A stretch of DNA of 64,000 bases from Eledone cirrhosa (lineage: Eukaryota). The stretch lies in contig OZ024743.1 of assembly GCA_964016885.1 (NCBI GenBank), positions 124,930,001 to 124,994,000 of the forward strand, given 5' to 3'. Both the position numbers and the translations under genes were made by a program. Positions 14,759 to 28,902 of the stretch are shown here, one piece after another. Positions within the stretch are counted from its first letter, which is position 1; each line of letters begins with the position of its first letter. Under the pieces are notes generated by a model, which was given only the letters and a program-made list of their open reading frames with translations, was not told the origin of the DNA and ran no database searches.

Positions 14759-15430
14759 TATGTGTGTGTGTGTATGTAAATACATTTATACAAACTATTC
14801 AGTTCCCTCCTATGATTAAACATTTGTTGTTTTTTCACACACACATATACATACATAGATATATGAGTGTATGAGTAAAGAAATGTATAAATGTTTAATC
14901 ATAAGGTGGAGCTGAATCGCAAGAATAAGGAGCAGTAATAACGGAAACTATGTGGTTTGTGATAGAAGCAAACTCTATTGGATGCCCGTTTTACATGTTT
15001 CATAGCAGTCTCTTGTCTTCGATAGATTGGCTCTTCGCTTTCACAATGCTGTTTTCTCTAAAGCAGCACAGCAAAGAATTGGATTTATCCTAGAAGAAAA
15101 CAGTAATAATAATAACAACAACCTCTGAACGTGCGTTATCTTACCTAATAATTTCGATACTTCATTGTAGACGTAAAAATAAATCTAAGATAACAATTAA
15201 CTATCACGGATTTGTTGTTTTATTTAAATAGAGCTTGTAGTGGTGTCAGAAATGGGGAATAAAATGAGGAACGAGGCAATGTGGAGGAAGAAGGGAGTAG
15301 AAGAGAAGAGAAAAAACAACTTTCACAAACAGAGCTCCCTGTGTATAAAAATGTAGCGTTATAATGCAAGCCACTAGTGTCAGTTCTAGGAATCCATCAG
15401 GGAAGGAACATTTAATGCAATTACTTCACA

Positions 15431-15489
<59 letters not shown>

Positions 15490-15832
15490 ATGTAGAATTT
15501 AATCGAAAATAAGCTTTTCTTTCTGCTGCAACATGACCCACAAATAGGCAATGATATATACAAAAATATACTAGAAATATAATCAACACGTATCTATCAA
15601 TTTGGCACTCCCAAACGACCAAATTCTAATGATAATTATCAAAATCAGTTTCCGAATTAAGAGCACTAATTTTCCGAAGACAGTGTTTTGTATGCCAGGA
15701 ATAAATACTTGTTTTGTTAAAATTACCCGCACACACAACACATATATACACACAAGCACACTATATATATATATATTTAATAATTTGTATGTGTATGTAG
15801 ATAGATATATATAATTAATAATAATTTGTACG

Positions 15833-15863
<31 letters not shown>

Positions 15864-17326
15864 AGATGCATTAATTTGTGAGTGTATCTCTTTATATATA
15901 TAGTAAGAAGGAAGTGAGTTGGAAGAGAAATGAGTAAGGATAGAAGAAAAAGGGTAAATGAACAACACTGGACAACATATGTAGGAATGTTTTGAAAATA
16001 AGGAGAATGAAGACAGTATAAAAAGTAATGATATATAAGATATATTGGATGAACAGGGACGTTGTTTTCGGCAGAGACTCTCGGCAGGGATGGTGGGGAT
16101 CTAAATTGGCGCAGATCCAATTCCAAACATGGCCACAGGGTTAATTTCACTAATTAAATGTTCTGTCAAGATGACAAAATGTAGTAGTACCTACGACAAC
16201 CAGCCATATTTAAAAAGTCTTCACTATATTTTAGCCGACGATGACATCTGTGTCAAAACAAACGGGAAAACGTTGTCTTATCTACACCAACCAACATAAC
16301 AATACAAATACAACGGTGATGGTCATTAGTACAACTGGTACATCGCGACAGAGTCCGTGACCCACATATACTACTTTCTTTTTATTAAAAAAAAATACAC
16401 ATGTATGTCCGGATTTTTGACTGCTCTCAGATATACTAATAAGATAAAGACAGGGGAAAATGCTAAACTGATCAACTACGTGGATAGGTATGAAATTGTA
16501 AGGCGCGATATTTCCTGAGAGGAAGCTGTTAATCAGCGAAAGAAGGAGTTCGAGTGTTGTAACCAACCCTACATGCAAAACACTGCACTACCCTAGAGGG
16601 GAGCCATTCAGTTTCTTACCAGAAAAATAGTAAATAATGATACGCAGAGTACTGGTGGAAAAGTCAATTAGAAAAATAAATCAGTGATTTTTAAAAAATC
16701 ATTCATAGTAAGGTCTAATTAACAGTTTTTAATGGGAAACAAACACGAATGGATTAGATGAGAACGAAAAAAAAAACATCTTTCTCTACACGATATGACA
16801 GTGCTTCTACACATCTGGATTAGCTATGTAAATAAACACAATCTTGCTCCAGGCTTGCTTTGGGCAGAACAACACAATGTTGTAAACTGACCGTTGATCT
16901 ACAAAATTAAAGGTAAGGAAGATACAAATGCTGTGAAATAAACAAACGAAAAAAGAAAAAACAACAGATTTCTAAAATGGTAGAAAAAAATGATAAATAA
17001 CAATGTGGAAGATAAACAGTTGAGATATCAGATCGACTACAAAATGGGGGAGAATCGATCTAAATAATCCGCCTGTTGTGATTCAATCACCAATTTCGTT
17101 GTCTTTTTTTAATTTTATTTTGCTTTTCTGAACCATCAAGAAATCTGTCATAAATACGAGATTGTGAACTTGTCAATAAGATACACAAAAGATTGTATCT
17201 ATTGAAAAACAACCTTTCTTTCCTGAAAGGGGAGGGGGAAATGATGTTGGAGATGGGAGACACAAAATTATTGATAGCAACAGTATAAATTTAGTAGAAG
17301 TAATTGGCATTTTGTTAAATACTTAC

Positions 17327-17640
17327 CATGCATTGTGGCGTGCTAATAAGGTAGAGAGAGATATCTATGTCTAGAATATAGATGATCGTGTATGTATATA
17401 TATGTGGTATGCGTACACGCGCGGGTGGATGCGCGTGTGTCGTCCAGGTCTGGTGTATATAATACAACAGTGTTCAGTAAATATGAGAAGCAGCAACTGT
17501 GCCCCAGTCTGGCATCCTACAATGTGCGTGTGTTGTCTTCTAAAAGCTAAAGATGACTCGCTCAGCTCCTCGCTTACTGCTAAGTCTTTTAGAAGTTACC
17601 CAAATTGACGTAAGGATGAAGACAGTGATAGATAGAGGTG
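17327..17640 (-). other. Putative first exon / 5'UTR of a minus-strand transcript
   Basis: GCCACA-ATG-CAT-G|GTAAGTAT: Kozak-like ATG and consensus donor; unique sequence with a CT-rich upstream region; the 5' boundary is a guess. Confidence 0.4.
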
Positions 17641-19519
17641 GAGGTAGGGAGAGAGGAGGAAGAGGAAAAGGAGAGAGAGAGGCTAACAAGTAGCTGGTGA
17701 AATATTAGAGCTACTATAACATAAAGAGGACTGCTGTAGCTACTGCTATTGCTGTACTAGCACCATCATCACCATCATCGCCACTGCATCCGCAACAGTA
17801 AGCGGAACAGACAATGAGATAGAGACTAGAACCTGGCCAACAGTGATAGGTAACTAGGTAGATATGCTGAAGTACAGTGCAACTGTATACTTATGATGGA
17901 GTGGAGCTGCTGTCAGTAGAGATATAGACGAAGTAACAGTAGTTGAAGGGGCAGGAGGAGGAAAAAGAAGGAAGCAAATGAATGGGAAAAAAGGGGCAAA
18001 GCGAAGTTTCCGTTAGTCTAGTTTAATGAAAGAATGAAATATGAAATAAAATAAATATTTCTAGAAAAAAAAAGGAATGAATGATAAAAATAAATACTAC
18101 TACTACTAATAAAACTATGTAGCTTCTTATGTATGAGCGTGTACGCAGGGGGTGAGTGGTGGGTTTAGTAATAAAGAAAATTAAAATAAAAACCATTAAA
18201 GGGTATAAAAAAGAGTGGTAAATGGGAAGAGGAGGAGAAGGTAAAAGAAATTAAAGGGGAATAAGGGAGACCTCTGGCGAATATATTAACGAAGGGCATT
18301 AACTCTAAATTTGTAAAAGCTTTACATTGATAGTTCTTATAACACGTTAAGTAGATTTAACGGTAAAACATTTTAATACATTGTATTGTATACTTCTCTT
18401 TTTCTTTTTTATTTAAAGTTATTGATTTCTTTTAAAATTTTGCGAGAGAGACGTGTAGTTGATTGAACTTGCGTTTCTATAACGACCCAGGACAGGCAAT
18501 TATTAGTATAAGTCACCTCAACTGATTTTGAATTCCGGCAGAGAAAGTTTAAAAAAACAAATACTAAAAGAAAACTACCAAATTATCACTGCCAACCCCA
18601 CTATTGAAATTGTACTTTCTACTGTAAAAGTCTATAATACTTGGATGATATATCGTCTGAATTAATATTTACTTTGGGAGTTTGAGGGGTTTATTTCTTA
18701 AGCGTAACACCAGAAGAAAACAACTTATTCATTTGATTTCTTATTCGTGAGAAGAAAGTCAATTGATTTAATTCCTAGTATATTGTTGGTATTTATTTTA
18801 CTCAACCTGTTTCGACAATTGATTACAGCGGACTTCACCAAGATTTGAACACAAGAACGTAAGACAAAAACTTGCATTTCTTTCTGTACTATCTGTGTTA
18901 TTTTTCTCTAGTTATATACGTGCGTGATCATGTGTGTGTGTGTGTATATATATATATATACACACACATATATATATATATATATATATTTGAGTATGTA
19001 TATATATATTTATATACACACACATATATATGTGTGTATACACACACAAATTTAAAGTATCATAACATATATACATATATCTATAAATTTGGATTATATA
19101 TATTCCGAGGTTAGTCACACATATATATATATATATATAAGGCATCTATGCCACAACCTCACATTTCCTCTCCAAAATTATAGAACCCAGCCAAATAGAA
19201 CCAATTTTATACATGCGCATGTATGTTTATGTATGTATATATATAAATATGTGTGTATATATTTATATATATATAAATTTGTGTGTGTATGTACGATCGT
19301 ATAGATGTGGAGGAGAGGAAATGCGAGTTTGTAGCATATATGCTTTTCCTAATAGTATTAGCACTTAATGTCTAACTAAAATGGCTTCAACTTGTCATGA
19401 TCTTGCCTTTTACTATTCTGAACTCTCCTCTACTCTGAGTAAATACCAACCCTCTTCCTTTCAGATTTAGAAGACAGATACCAAACAACCAAAAATCTAC
19501 TAAACGCTGCCCTCAGTCT

Positions 19520-21645
19520 GTCGTGTACAAAAAAAACTTCAGGGCTTCCACCATCAACATTGGCAAAATAAAAGGTAGGTCTTGAATGATTGTAGAGACA
19601 CTATCACTGAGGTGAGTAGATGTGTGCTGTGTTAGAAGTAAACCGGAGGGGAGCCTCAGCCTGATTACTTGAAGGCAAAGTACATAGGTACAAGTACTTC
19701 TTGGTAGCTCTGGGCGTGGTGGAATAAGCATATTAGATAAATGGATAAATTAATTGAGGTAGTTGGAATATGTGACAGAATAATTAAGTTTAAGCCAGTC
19801 GGAAGCAATGTTACAGCTACTGTGATGTCACTGTATGGACCACACCTAGGACTGATTTCTATGAGGACCTCTTGCAGATCACCTGAATGATAGGTAACAA
19901 TAACCTCATCACAGCTGGGAGACTTTAACCTTTTTAACCCTTTAGCATTTACATTACTCTATATTTACTATTGGATTTTTGTGGTGAAGGCTTTATCTGA
20001 GATAATTATCTCACATAATATTGAATTTATGAGATTTTGATAACAATACCTTAATATCAGTATGAGCAGCCAGTTTGAACAGAAAGAGGTGAGAGAATTC
20101 TGGCCGGATATGGCCAGTTTAAATGCTAAAGGGTTAATTTGAAACTGCCCCTGCTTCTATGATACAAAACTGTCTGTTTAAAAAGGTTTATATTTACTTA
20201 AAAACCTTCCATCGTTTGTTATGTTCCAAATACCAGCAGAATAATTGAGAAAATCAGTCATATTACTAACTTAAGCCAAATTCTTGATTATTTTCAAAAT
20301 GGTCTCACACATATTGGTATTGTATTGTATTAGAAATATAGTAACAAAGAATTAGTGGACATATTTGGTAACGCTATGATGGTGATCCCTATGTACATCT
20401 TGACTGGTTATCATACACAATGAAGAGGGATCAAAGCTCTTATTCTGTGGTGAAATTAGCTTAGATGTGATACAGTTTGGGTTTGTAACAAGACAGAGTA
20501 CTACTGATATCCTCTTCCTAGTGACAAAACTACAGGAAAAATTCTTAGCTAAAGCAAGTCACAATGACTAGATTCCACTAACCTAGATAAGGCCTTTGAC
20601 AATGTACTAGACTTTGTACGCTGGGGACCACTAAGGAAACTTTGTGTAGATGAATGGTTTGTGAAAGCCATGTACGAAGATGCTGTTAACAAGGAGTTCA
20701 AGGAATTTAGTATGGAGGTTGGTGTCCATCGGGGCTTAGTTCTCGAACTCCCCACTCATACACACACACATTTCTGTTTATTGTAGTTCCTCAGAGCATA
20801 TCAGATTAGTTTAAGACTGGCTGTATGTTGATTATCTACCTCTAATAGTTGAATCTATTAAAGAATTAATGAAGAGATTCCAAATATAGAAGCAAAACCT
20901 AGAATCGAGAAATCTTAGAAAATCTAGTAAAAAGAAAAGTTTTAGTTCGCAGGAATAAAGGCAAGTCTTTACTGCTATCTGGAAAGTGGCCATGTTTGCT
21001 ACACAGAAAAGAACTAGTTAGGAATACTATACAGTGTACACAAGTGAGATTACAAGTAGGTTGACTAGAAAGAACAACATATGCAGCAGATACACAGGAA
21101 TAAATAGCAGTAAGAATGCCCATGAAATGTATTCTTTCAAATGCTTGAAGGGCTCTCTAGAAATAATTGATAGCTTCTATTACTTAGGTGATCTAATAAA
21201 CAGTAGAGATGGGAGTTCTGAAAACATAGTTGCCAGAGTAATAAGCTAAAAAAAACGCTCAGAGCTGTTACCTATACTAACAACAATCTCTCTCTGATTG
21301 TATGTTAGTAAAACATAGGCATTAAATGTAGAGGGTGTGCGAAAACTAGAATGAAATTAGGTGGACATCCACTGCTGGATGTGTGATGTAGGTGTGCATG
21401 AAAGACATATAAATGAACTGAGAAAAAAATGAGTGTAAAAAAACAGCAGATGTAGTTTAAGAAAGAGAAGACTTGAGTTGGTGCAGACATGATACATGTG
21501 GAAGATGACAGTTGAGTAAAAAATATGTTGAGATCCAAATGGAAGGAACCTGCAGAAGAGGAAGAAGTGGTGAAGGCTAACCTTAGTGATGAAACACAAA
21601 GCTAGAAAAGACTTGTCCAACCCATGTAAGCATGGAGAAATAGAC
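19520..21645 (+). pseudogene. Old, highly degenerate RTE LINE interrupted by MITEs
   Basis: Remnants of EN, QFGFV, DKAFD, GVHRG, GKWPC, FYYLGD and the terminal CCAACCCATG..GCATGGA. Confidence 0.75.
19938..20133. mobile_element. piggyBac-type MITE
   Basis: TIR CCCTTTAGCATTTA / TAAATGCTAAAGGG with TTAA on both sides. Confidence 0.85.
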
Positions 21646-21693
21646 AATGGTTATAGATTAGCAGAACCATTAGAACATCAGATAATCTAATGC

Positions 21694-21900
21694 AGTGAAT
21701 TATAAATGTATATTAGTTTAAAGTAAGCTGCTTTCAATGCAGGTTCTTTTGACCATGAAAAATAGTCGAACAAGTAGGGCATATAAGTCCATAGAGACAG
21801 AAAAAAGTGTCCAATTTTTATGTCTCTAGGGACTTTCATATTCAAAAAAGCATGCATTGAAAGCAGCTTACTTTAAGCTAACATACATTTATAATTCACT
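21694..21900. mobile_element. Fold-back MITE with 48-bp TIRs
   Basis: AGTGAATTATAAATGTAT...TTCAATGCA inverted at 21853-21900; internal hairpin; flanks TAATGC/CAATGC; appears to interrupt a MetaSINE-like copy. Confidence 0.75.
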
Positions 21901-22129
21901 CAATGCATCATGAAAACATAATTGATTGCAATTTAGTTACGGCCTTTTTTTACAATCTGTGTTCAAATTCTATTGAGGTTAACGTTGCTTTTTCTCCTTC
22001 CAGAGTTGATGAAATAGAACACCAATCCAGTACTAGAGTGGATTAAATCAACTTTCCCATCCCCCAAATTGTCAACCTTGTGTCTAAATTAGAAGTCATT
22101 ATTAACAACAACAACAATAGCAACACTAT

Positions 22130-25100
22130 CAATGACAAAAACTCTTTCGCTGCTGCAGCAGCAAAAAGAGGCCATGCTTTAACATGGACCTTAGCAAAAA
22201 AGATAAAAAGTAAGCCCAAGCATGGAAGCTAATTAGACATGACCAAACCTGTGCCAACTTAACTGCCCCGGCAGAGGCAATAGAAGTGGTGGAAAGGAGG
22301 AAAATAATATTCAGATGCATTTCAACGCAGACTCGCAAAACAGAGATAACCCCGCAAGCAGAGGTAGAGGCTGAACTGAAAGGCATCAGACAGGACACTG
22401 AGTACATAGCAAGAAGCAGACAATATGGCACCATTTCAGTGCTACTTAAGTTGGGACCATGGATGTGTTCTTTGGAACCCCACAGGAAGCCAGAGAGCAC
22501 TCCATGGCTCCAATACAGAGCGACAAGCTCACACTTGTCCCAAATTACTGCGGATTAAATCTCATGAGAGTGAGGGTAAGCCAGGTACCACCAGCCGTAG
22601 AAATTCCCTGGCTGATGGTTGCCGTCTTCGAAGATGACACAAAAATCATTGAGGTCAGGGAGCTCCTGATCCAAGTGGACCAGAAAACATCGAAGAGATT
22701 CCGGACGTGATAGACCTTGATGACGGCAGCCACCTCACTGTAATCGTTGAAGGTAGAAGGCCATTAGAACCCACTTAAAGGCCTTCTGCCCTCAGGGAAT
22801 GGCCAGAAAATTAAGGCCAGCTCTCCTGCCTACCCTACTGACTTAATCAGCAATAGCAGCAGCAGCAATAGTAGCACGACCACCACCACCCACCGCACCA
22901 GAAGTAACACTAGCACCACCATCATCCACCACACCACAAGCAACACCAATGCCTATGGAGGACATCCCACTCTCCGACCTCTCACAACTGGAGACGGATT
23001 GTGACAAGGAGGAGGAGTGGAAAACTGTAAAAAATAAGAAACCAGAAAAGAAAGAACCCACTTTCTTTGTGCTCAGAAAAAAAAAAGGACGAAATAAATA
23101 AACAAAAAACAAAAAAGGTTAAGACATCGACACCTCCACCACCCACACCAGCCCTATCACCATCATCAACCCCAACACCACCATTACCAACAAGCGAATC
23201 AGAAACAAACCCACACGTGCAACCACAACAAACGCAAACGCAACAAAACAGCCAAACTGAAACAAACTAGATGGCTTTAAACGTGAACAATAAACAACTA
23301 CTGCAACAAATAACACATCTCACAGAAAACATACACAACCTTAAAAGAAAAATTCTCCAAGGACATCGGAGATTTCTGGCAAACACTTTCCAGGAGGATA
23401 TACAAAAACATCCTTCCGAAGAGTGCCACACCAGTCAGAAGGACATAAACCGTCCTTCCTCCACAAGAACTGAGGTAAGTGGTCTTTCCCACCTTTTCCT
23501 ACTCTTTTTCAACATGGCCTTACTCAGAATAGGCAGCATAAATGCATGTGGCCTGGGGTTGTCATGCAAGCAGGGTCACCTGCTCAACAACCCAACCCCA
23601 GATCAATGAACATATGTGGTGGCCAGCAGAGAGACCAGAATTTCCAAGGCACAAGCCTTCACACCCATCTTCGGCGGTTACGGGGTGTGTGCATCTCCAA
23701 GCCGGCTGGGATCGGGAGGTGGAGTTGCTGTGTTATTTCAGAAAGGCCTGGATCTCATGATATGGGCCTGCAACACCAAAGGCTATTCTTTCTGGCTAGT
23801 AGCTGTTTATGCTCCGATAGGGGCAGGACGGCCAGATTTCTTCAGGGGATTGGAGACCTTCCTAGGAACATCATGCTCTTTAATGTTAGTGGGCAATTGG
23901 AATGGAATCTTGGATGCACGCTGGGACTATGTGGGACTAGCAAATAGGGGAGGAGGGTGTAAAAGCCTTGCAAACCTCAGACGTTTCCAACTGTCTGACA
24001 GGTACTGACTGGATTTCCCGAATGTGCCAATGGGGACATGGACAATTCAGATCCTACCTAGATAGAGTATTTTGTAAGGAAGTAGATAGTTCTTGAATAA
24101 GTTGTCCACAATTCAAGATAGTCGACTATACAGACTACAAATTCTTGATTTGTGTGGTCGATTTAGATAGTCTTCATAGACAGGGACCCAGCTACTGGAA
24201 GTTAAATGTGTTGCTCACAGCGTGCAGAGACCGGATTAGCGGACTTGTTAAGTGGGTGTTGATGGAGGCAGACATCAGCTGCAAATGGTGGTTCGCCCTG
24301 AAAAGGGCGATTAGAATAGAGACTATTAGGTTTAGTAAGGCGTTAGCTATAAAGAAAAATAGAGCAGAAGAATTAGTTAAAAAATTAGACGAGGCGCTTA
24401 GTAAAGGTATCGCGACCGACGTGCTTGCAGCAAGATTGGCCCTCGACCAATTCTTCAACCCAAAGCACAAAGGCTGCATTGTCAGAGCTAGGGCGCGTGC
24501 TCTCAGGCACAAGGGGACAAAAGTCGTACGATGGGTGCATGTTACTTGCTCCGGGCAAATGTGTTTGGCTTTTCAGCAGAACTTCGCTCGGCTGTTCGGG
24601 GCCAACAGCGAGCCTACACAACGGTTCTCTGCGGCTCTCGACCACGGAGGTGGAGTGTTGTGAAAAGCTGATGACAGCCGCTGACGTACAAGAGGCAATG
24701 ATTGACTGCACAACAGGTAAATCGCCCAGTGTACAAGCTTTACGTACACATGCCAGACTTGTTCGGTAACCTCTTTGTGGACGTCTACTGCAACTGGCAA
24801 CAGAACGGGAGAATTCCCAGCTCTGTGAGCTGAGGAGCAGTGGCGCTGCTGAGAAAGACCCAAACAAGGGGGACAACATAGATAATTTCAGACCCCCTTA
24901 ACTATGCTAAACACAGATTTCAAGATTTCAATGAGCGATGCCGTCCTTGGGGAGACTGGGTATCGATGAAAATTATCTAGCCAATCTCTTCAGAACTTTC
25001 AGGCTGGGATCCATGGACAGCTTCCATAAATCCCTGGCCCCAGATCTGTTTGAGATGCGTGCAGGGCGACAAAACCGTCCTGCACGCACTTATCCAGTGT

Positions 25101-25680
25101 CTGAGCATTGCTGACATGTGGGTTTATGTTGGACTCCTGCTATCGTGTGTAGGACGGATCTGGCTATCTGGTGAGTCATTCGTGAAGATTGCCCTGTCGC
25201 CTTCCTTTTATCTGCCTGGTAGCCATGGCAAAAGAGGTCGTGTGGTGGACGTGTTTGAAAGGGCTGAAGACAAGCATGCACCTCTCCTGAAATGCCCTAA
25301 TTAACTTTTTGAAATTTCATTTGAAAATGAGAATCAGGGTGGAGAAGGAAGTACTCCCTTCCAAGCAATTTATTGAAAGATAGGTGAGAGAGGCGAGTAT
25401 AGCCTGAGTAAATGGGCCTACTCTGAGTATGCGCCTGTAGATTGGAAGTGGAAAACTGGGAGAGGGCACTTGCCCTGATGGTCAGGGCTACTGTGGCTTT
25501 TTTAATGGGCTTTCTCCACGAGTGACCCTCAGAGGTCTCCTCTCTATTGGAGAATTTTCCTTTGTTTCATTTTTTTTGTTTTGTTGTATTTGTTTTTACA
25601 TGCAGCAATGTCCATTTGTACCATCCTGTGGTGTCCTTAATTTTATACTTTGTGATTAATAGCGAAAACATTATTATCAT
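22130..25680 (+). pseudogene. Tx1/L1-clade LINE: ORF1 remnant, ORF2 endonuclease, RT core deleted, C-terminal Zn knuckle
   Basis: MALLRIGSINACGL, AVYAP, GPSYWKLN, NFRP/MLNTDFKI, then CLRCVQGDKTVLHALIQC. Confidence 0.8.
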
Positions 25681-27918
25681 TATTATATCAGCTGTAATTA
25701 GCATTTCATTTTAAAAAAAGCACTGCATATTCTATATAACTGATGAGGGTCACACAAAGCTTTGATTTCCACAATTTCAATTCTTGGTCATTGCTTGATT
25801 TACAACTAGCCCAATGCAAGTCATTAACATGATCGGTAAGTTTATAGTTTTGTCAGAGTGTCAAAAGTTCTTTTGTGAGGGTCCTTGAATGCTCTGAATT
25901 ATATCAAATTGGTAACAGCAATTGAGAACTTGAGTTGGGGGGGAATATGAATTTAAGATTAATGTAATGCATTAGCACTTCAAATTAAAAAAAAACAATT
26001 CCCTGTACATTGGACATTATATATTTATTATAGATCGCACAGGTGTATTTATACTTGACAACAGAGAATCATTCTGCATGTTAAATACATATAGTGATAT
26101 AGTGAGGCATCCAGCCAAAGAAAACTTGCTAAAATAAAAGGGTCAAGAGAAATCTTCAGTTCAAAGACATGACAACCTCCCTAGTGTTGGTGACCTACAG
26201 AATAAACACACTCAGTGCACTCTGGACATTAGTTGAAGATAGGAAAGACATCTAGTTGAATAAAACCTGTCAAACAAAGGGCCAGGAGGACCCTTCAAGT
26301 GTGTCAAATGCATGACAATCTCCCTACTGCTCGTTCCACGATAAAATATCCTTGGTAAGCAAGATGTGGGCCTCTGGCCTGCCCAAACACTAAGTAGAAT
26401 ACTTGAATGTAAGATGCAGGCCATCTGAGAGACCAGTAACTCTACTTGAGTACTGACTCAGTCTGTGACGATCCATCCAATGCTTGCTAGCAGGGAAAAT
26501 GGACGTTAAATGATGATGGGTTGAAAAACTTTAATTAACTAAGAATATCCCTGAAATTAGAAGACAAAAACTCCATCTAAGACACAAAAAAGCTATAGGT
26601 TATGGCCTGACAATTCACAGGGATCTCAACAGATAATGAAATGGTATATATGTTTTCAATTTTTGTGACACATTCTCCTATAATTTTCTAAAAGTGGCCC
26701 TCATAGCTTTGTATAGCTCAGGGTCTCAATGAGTCTAAATCTGGCACTCTAGGATATCTGTATTTATTCTTACTTCTAGTAAGAGCCTTTATATTCCTGC
26801 AACCTTTGAATAATAGGCATCCTTTTAAGATCAGATGCCCATTTGTTTTTTTTATTTATATAAAACTTCATCTATAAGTGTTATTTTGGGAATGGTCATT
26901 TTGCCAATAAAAGCATGCACTATTTGACTTTCATTTCAGCTTTATTATTTTTGGTTATTGGTCATTTCATCAAAGCTATTTCATCACACATTCTGTGACC
27001 ACCTCAATGACTATTATTCTTCTCTGTCTCTTCTCTTCTTTCTTGCTTTATTCTGTTTACACCTTAGGTTTTTCTTTTTTTGTCCTGTTTTATATGTACC
27101 TTTCCATGATGGGATAATTTAGATGTAGTCTAAAAAATCTTAAATCTTAATACATATTTGCTGTAAAAACTTTTTCTTTTCATTATTCAATATGTAAAAG
27201 AATATTAGTTGGTTGTTACTTTATTTCTGTATAATGAATTAACTTGAAGTATTTGACCATTTTTACTTTCACCAAATTCTCTGTTTGCATATTGGATTTT
27301 TGTGTCAAATTCTGATGTTTTAATCATTGCCAGATTGATTAATTCCCTTCAACAACTCCTACTCAAATGGTATCTCTCTTGGTTTTGTCACACCCTTCGT
27401 CATACACAAGGTGAACTCATCCAGAACGCTGTCACGTCAAAGCCAGCCTCTCCCAAGATTGCATAAATAGCAAGGTGGACTGCTGAAATTCTTAATTAAT
27501 ATGGTTAAGTCAGATCTCTAATTGATTTCTGATCCTCACATATATGGGGACTGCTGAATATGGCATTGATCACCGAATATGATCAGCTTCTGTTTATGAT
27601 GCTGTTGATTCCTTGAAGTCAGTCAGTTCACCCAATCCCAAGGTGAATGGCAACACAAGTACAAATAAATAACAAATTACTTGTGTTCAGGGTTGCTACA
27701 ATCCACTAGTCTCTGCTATCCTGGCCATGCCAGATATAAAGATTTCATCTGTAATTTTCATTAAATTGTGTTGAAGTAATTACATAATATGCCTTTTCAA
27801 GGTTTGAAACCATCAGCTAAGTCTTGTTCTTTAACTCTTAAATTAACCAGGGCCTTGTGTGGGAAATTTCATAGTCAGAATGTGTAGAAGCTCCTCAATG
27901 TGTTCCATCTTGTTTTAA

Positions 27919-28503
27919 CCCTTTAGCATTTACATTATATGGAGGCACATGGCTTAGTGGTTAAAGTATTGGCCTTGCAATTGAAAGGTTGTGAGTTCAA
28001 TTCTCAGACCGGGTGATGTGTTGTTTCCTTGAGCAAGACACTTTATTTCACATTGCTCCAGTTTACTCAGCTGTAGAAATGAGATGATAGGACTGGGTCC
28101 CTATCATTCCACTGCAAAGTGGTCGTGGAGGTGCCACGGCAAAAAAAACACCCAGCCCATACTGTAAAGTGGACGTGTAGGCGCCACGGAAAAAAACACC
28201 CAGCACTCACTGTAAATGAGGTTGGTGTTAGGAAGGGCATCCGGCTGTAGAAATCAAGCCAGAATCAATTCCCGTCCCACCCTTACAAGCAGGGAAAAGC
28301 GGACGTAAAATGATGATGATTACTTTATATATCCTATTATATTTTCACAGTAAAGGCTTTACCTCATAATCATCTCACATAATACTGAATCTTTGAGATT
28401 TTGATATTATTTATTTTGAGAACAATACCTTAACATCAGTATGAGTGGCCAGTTACAGCTGGTTTGAACAGAAAGAGATGAGAGAATTCTGACTGCTAAA
28501 GGG
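27919..28503. mobile_element. piggyBac-type MITE (same family as 19938) interrupted by a CORE-SINE
   Basis: TTAA|CCCTTTAGCA...TGCTAAAGGG|TTAA; internal sequence matches the 19938 copy. Confidence 0.85.
27939..28320 (+). mobile_element. CORE-SINE (long-tail variant)
   Basis: Full head, CORE, and an extra ~50-bp RTE 3'UTR repeat unit. Confidence 0.92.
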
Positions 28504-28871
28504 TTAAGGCATTAAACTAATATGCTGGGTGTCTGTGGCAAGCATTCAAATAAGTTTCCAGTCTGAGGATTACTTCCCCCTACCATTGTGAGAGGCCCTG
28601 AAAAAAGCCATGGGAGTTGCTCTTCCTCGATGAATGAAATCAGCACAGCTCCAGTATTCAACAATAAAAATGACCCAATTAGGGACCCTCTATGTAACAA
28701 ACCTCCCACAAACCATACCCAGCCATCTAGTAATATATCAGACAATGTTGTCCCTGTTATACAAAAGCATATGGTCACAACTGATCATAGGTCTGCTTGA
28801 TCAGGCTTAAACAACAACAATGATTAGAATAGTTGCTATGTTTTTGTTTTACATGCATGTGTGTGTGTATG

Positions 28872-28902
<31 letters not shown>

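Noticed and set aside
14985-15065. Minus-strand TGAAA-CATG-TA with palindromic stem III
   Set aside because: No recognisable CUGANGA, and stem I is weak
17320-17330. ATACTTACC resembling the U1 snRNA 5' end
   Set aside because: No U1 body follows; better explained as a minus-strand splice donor
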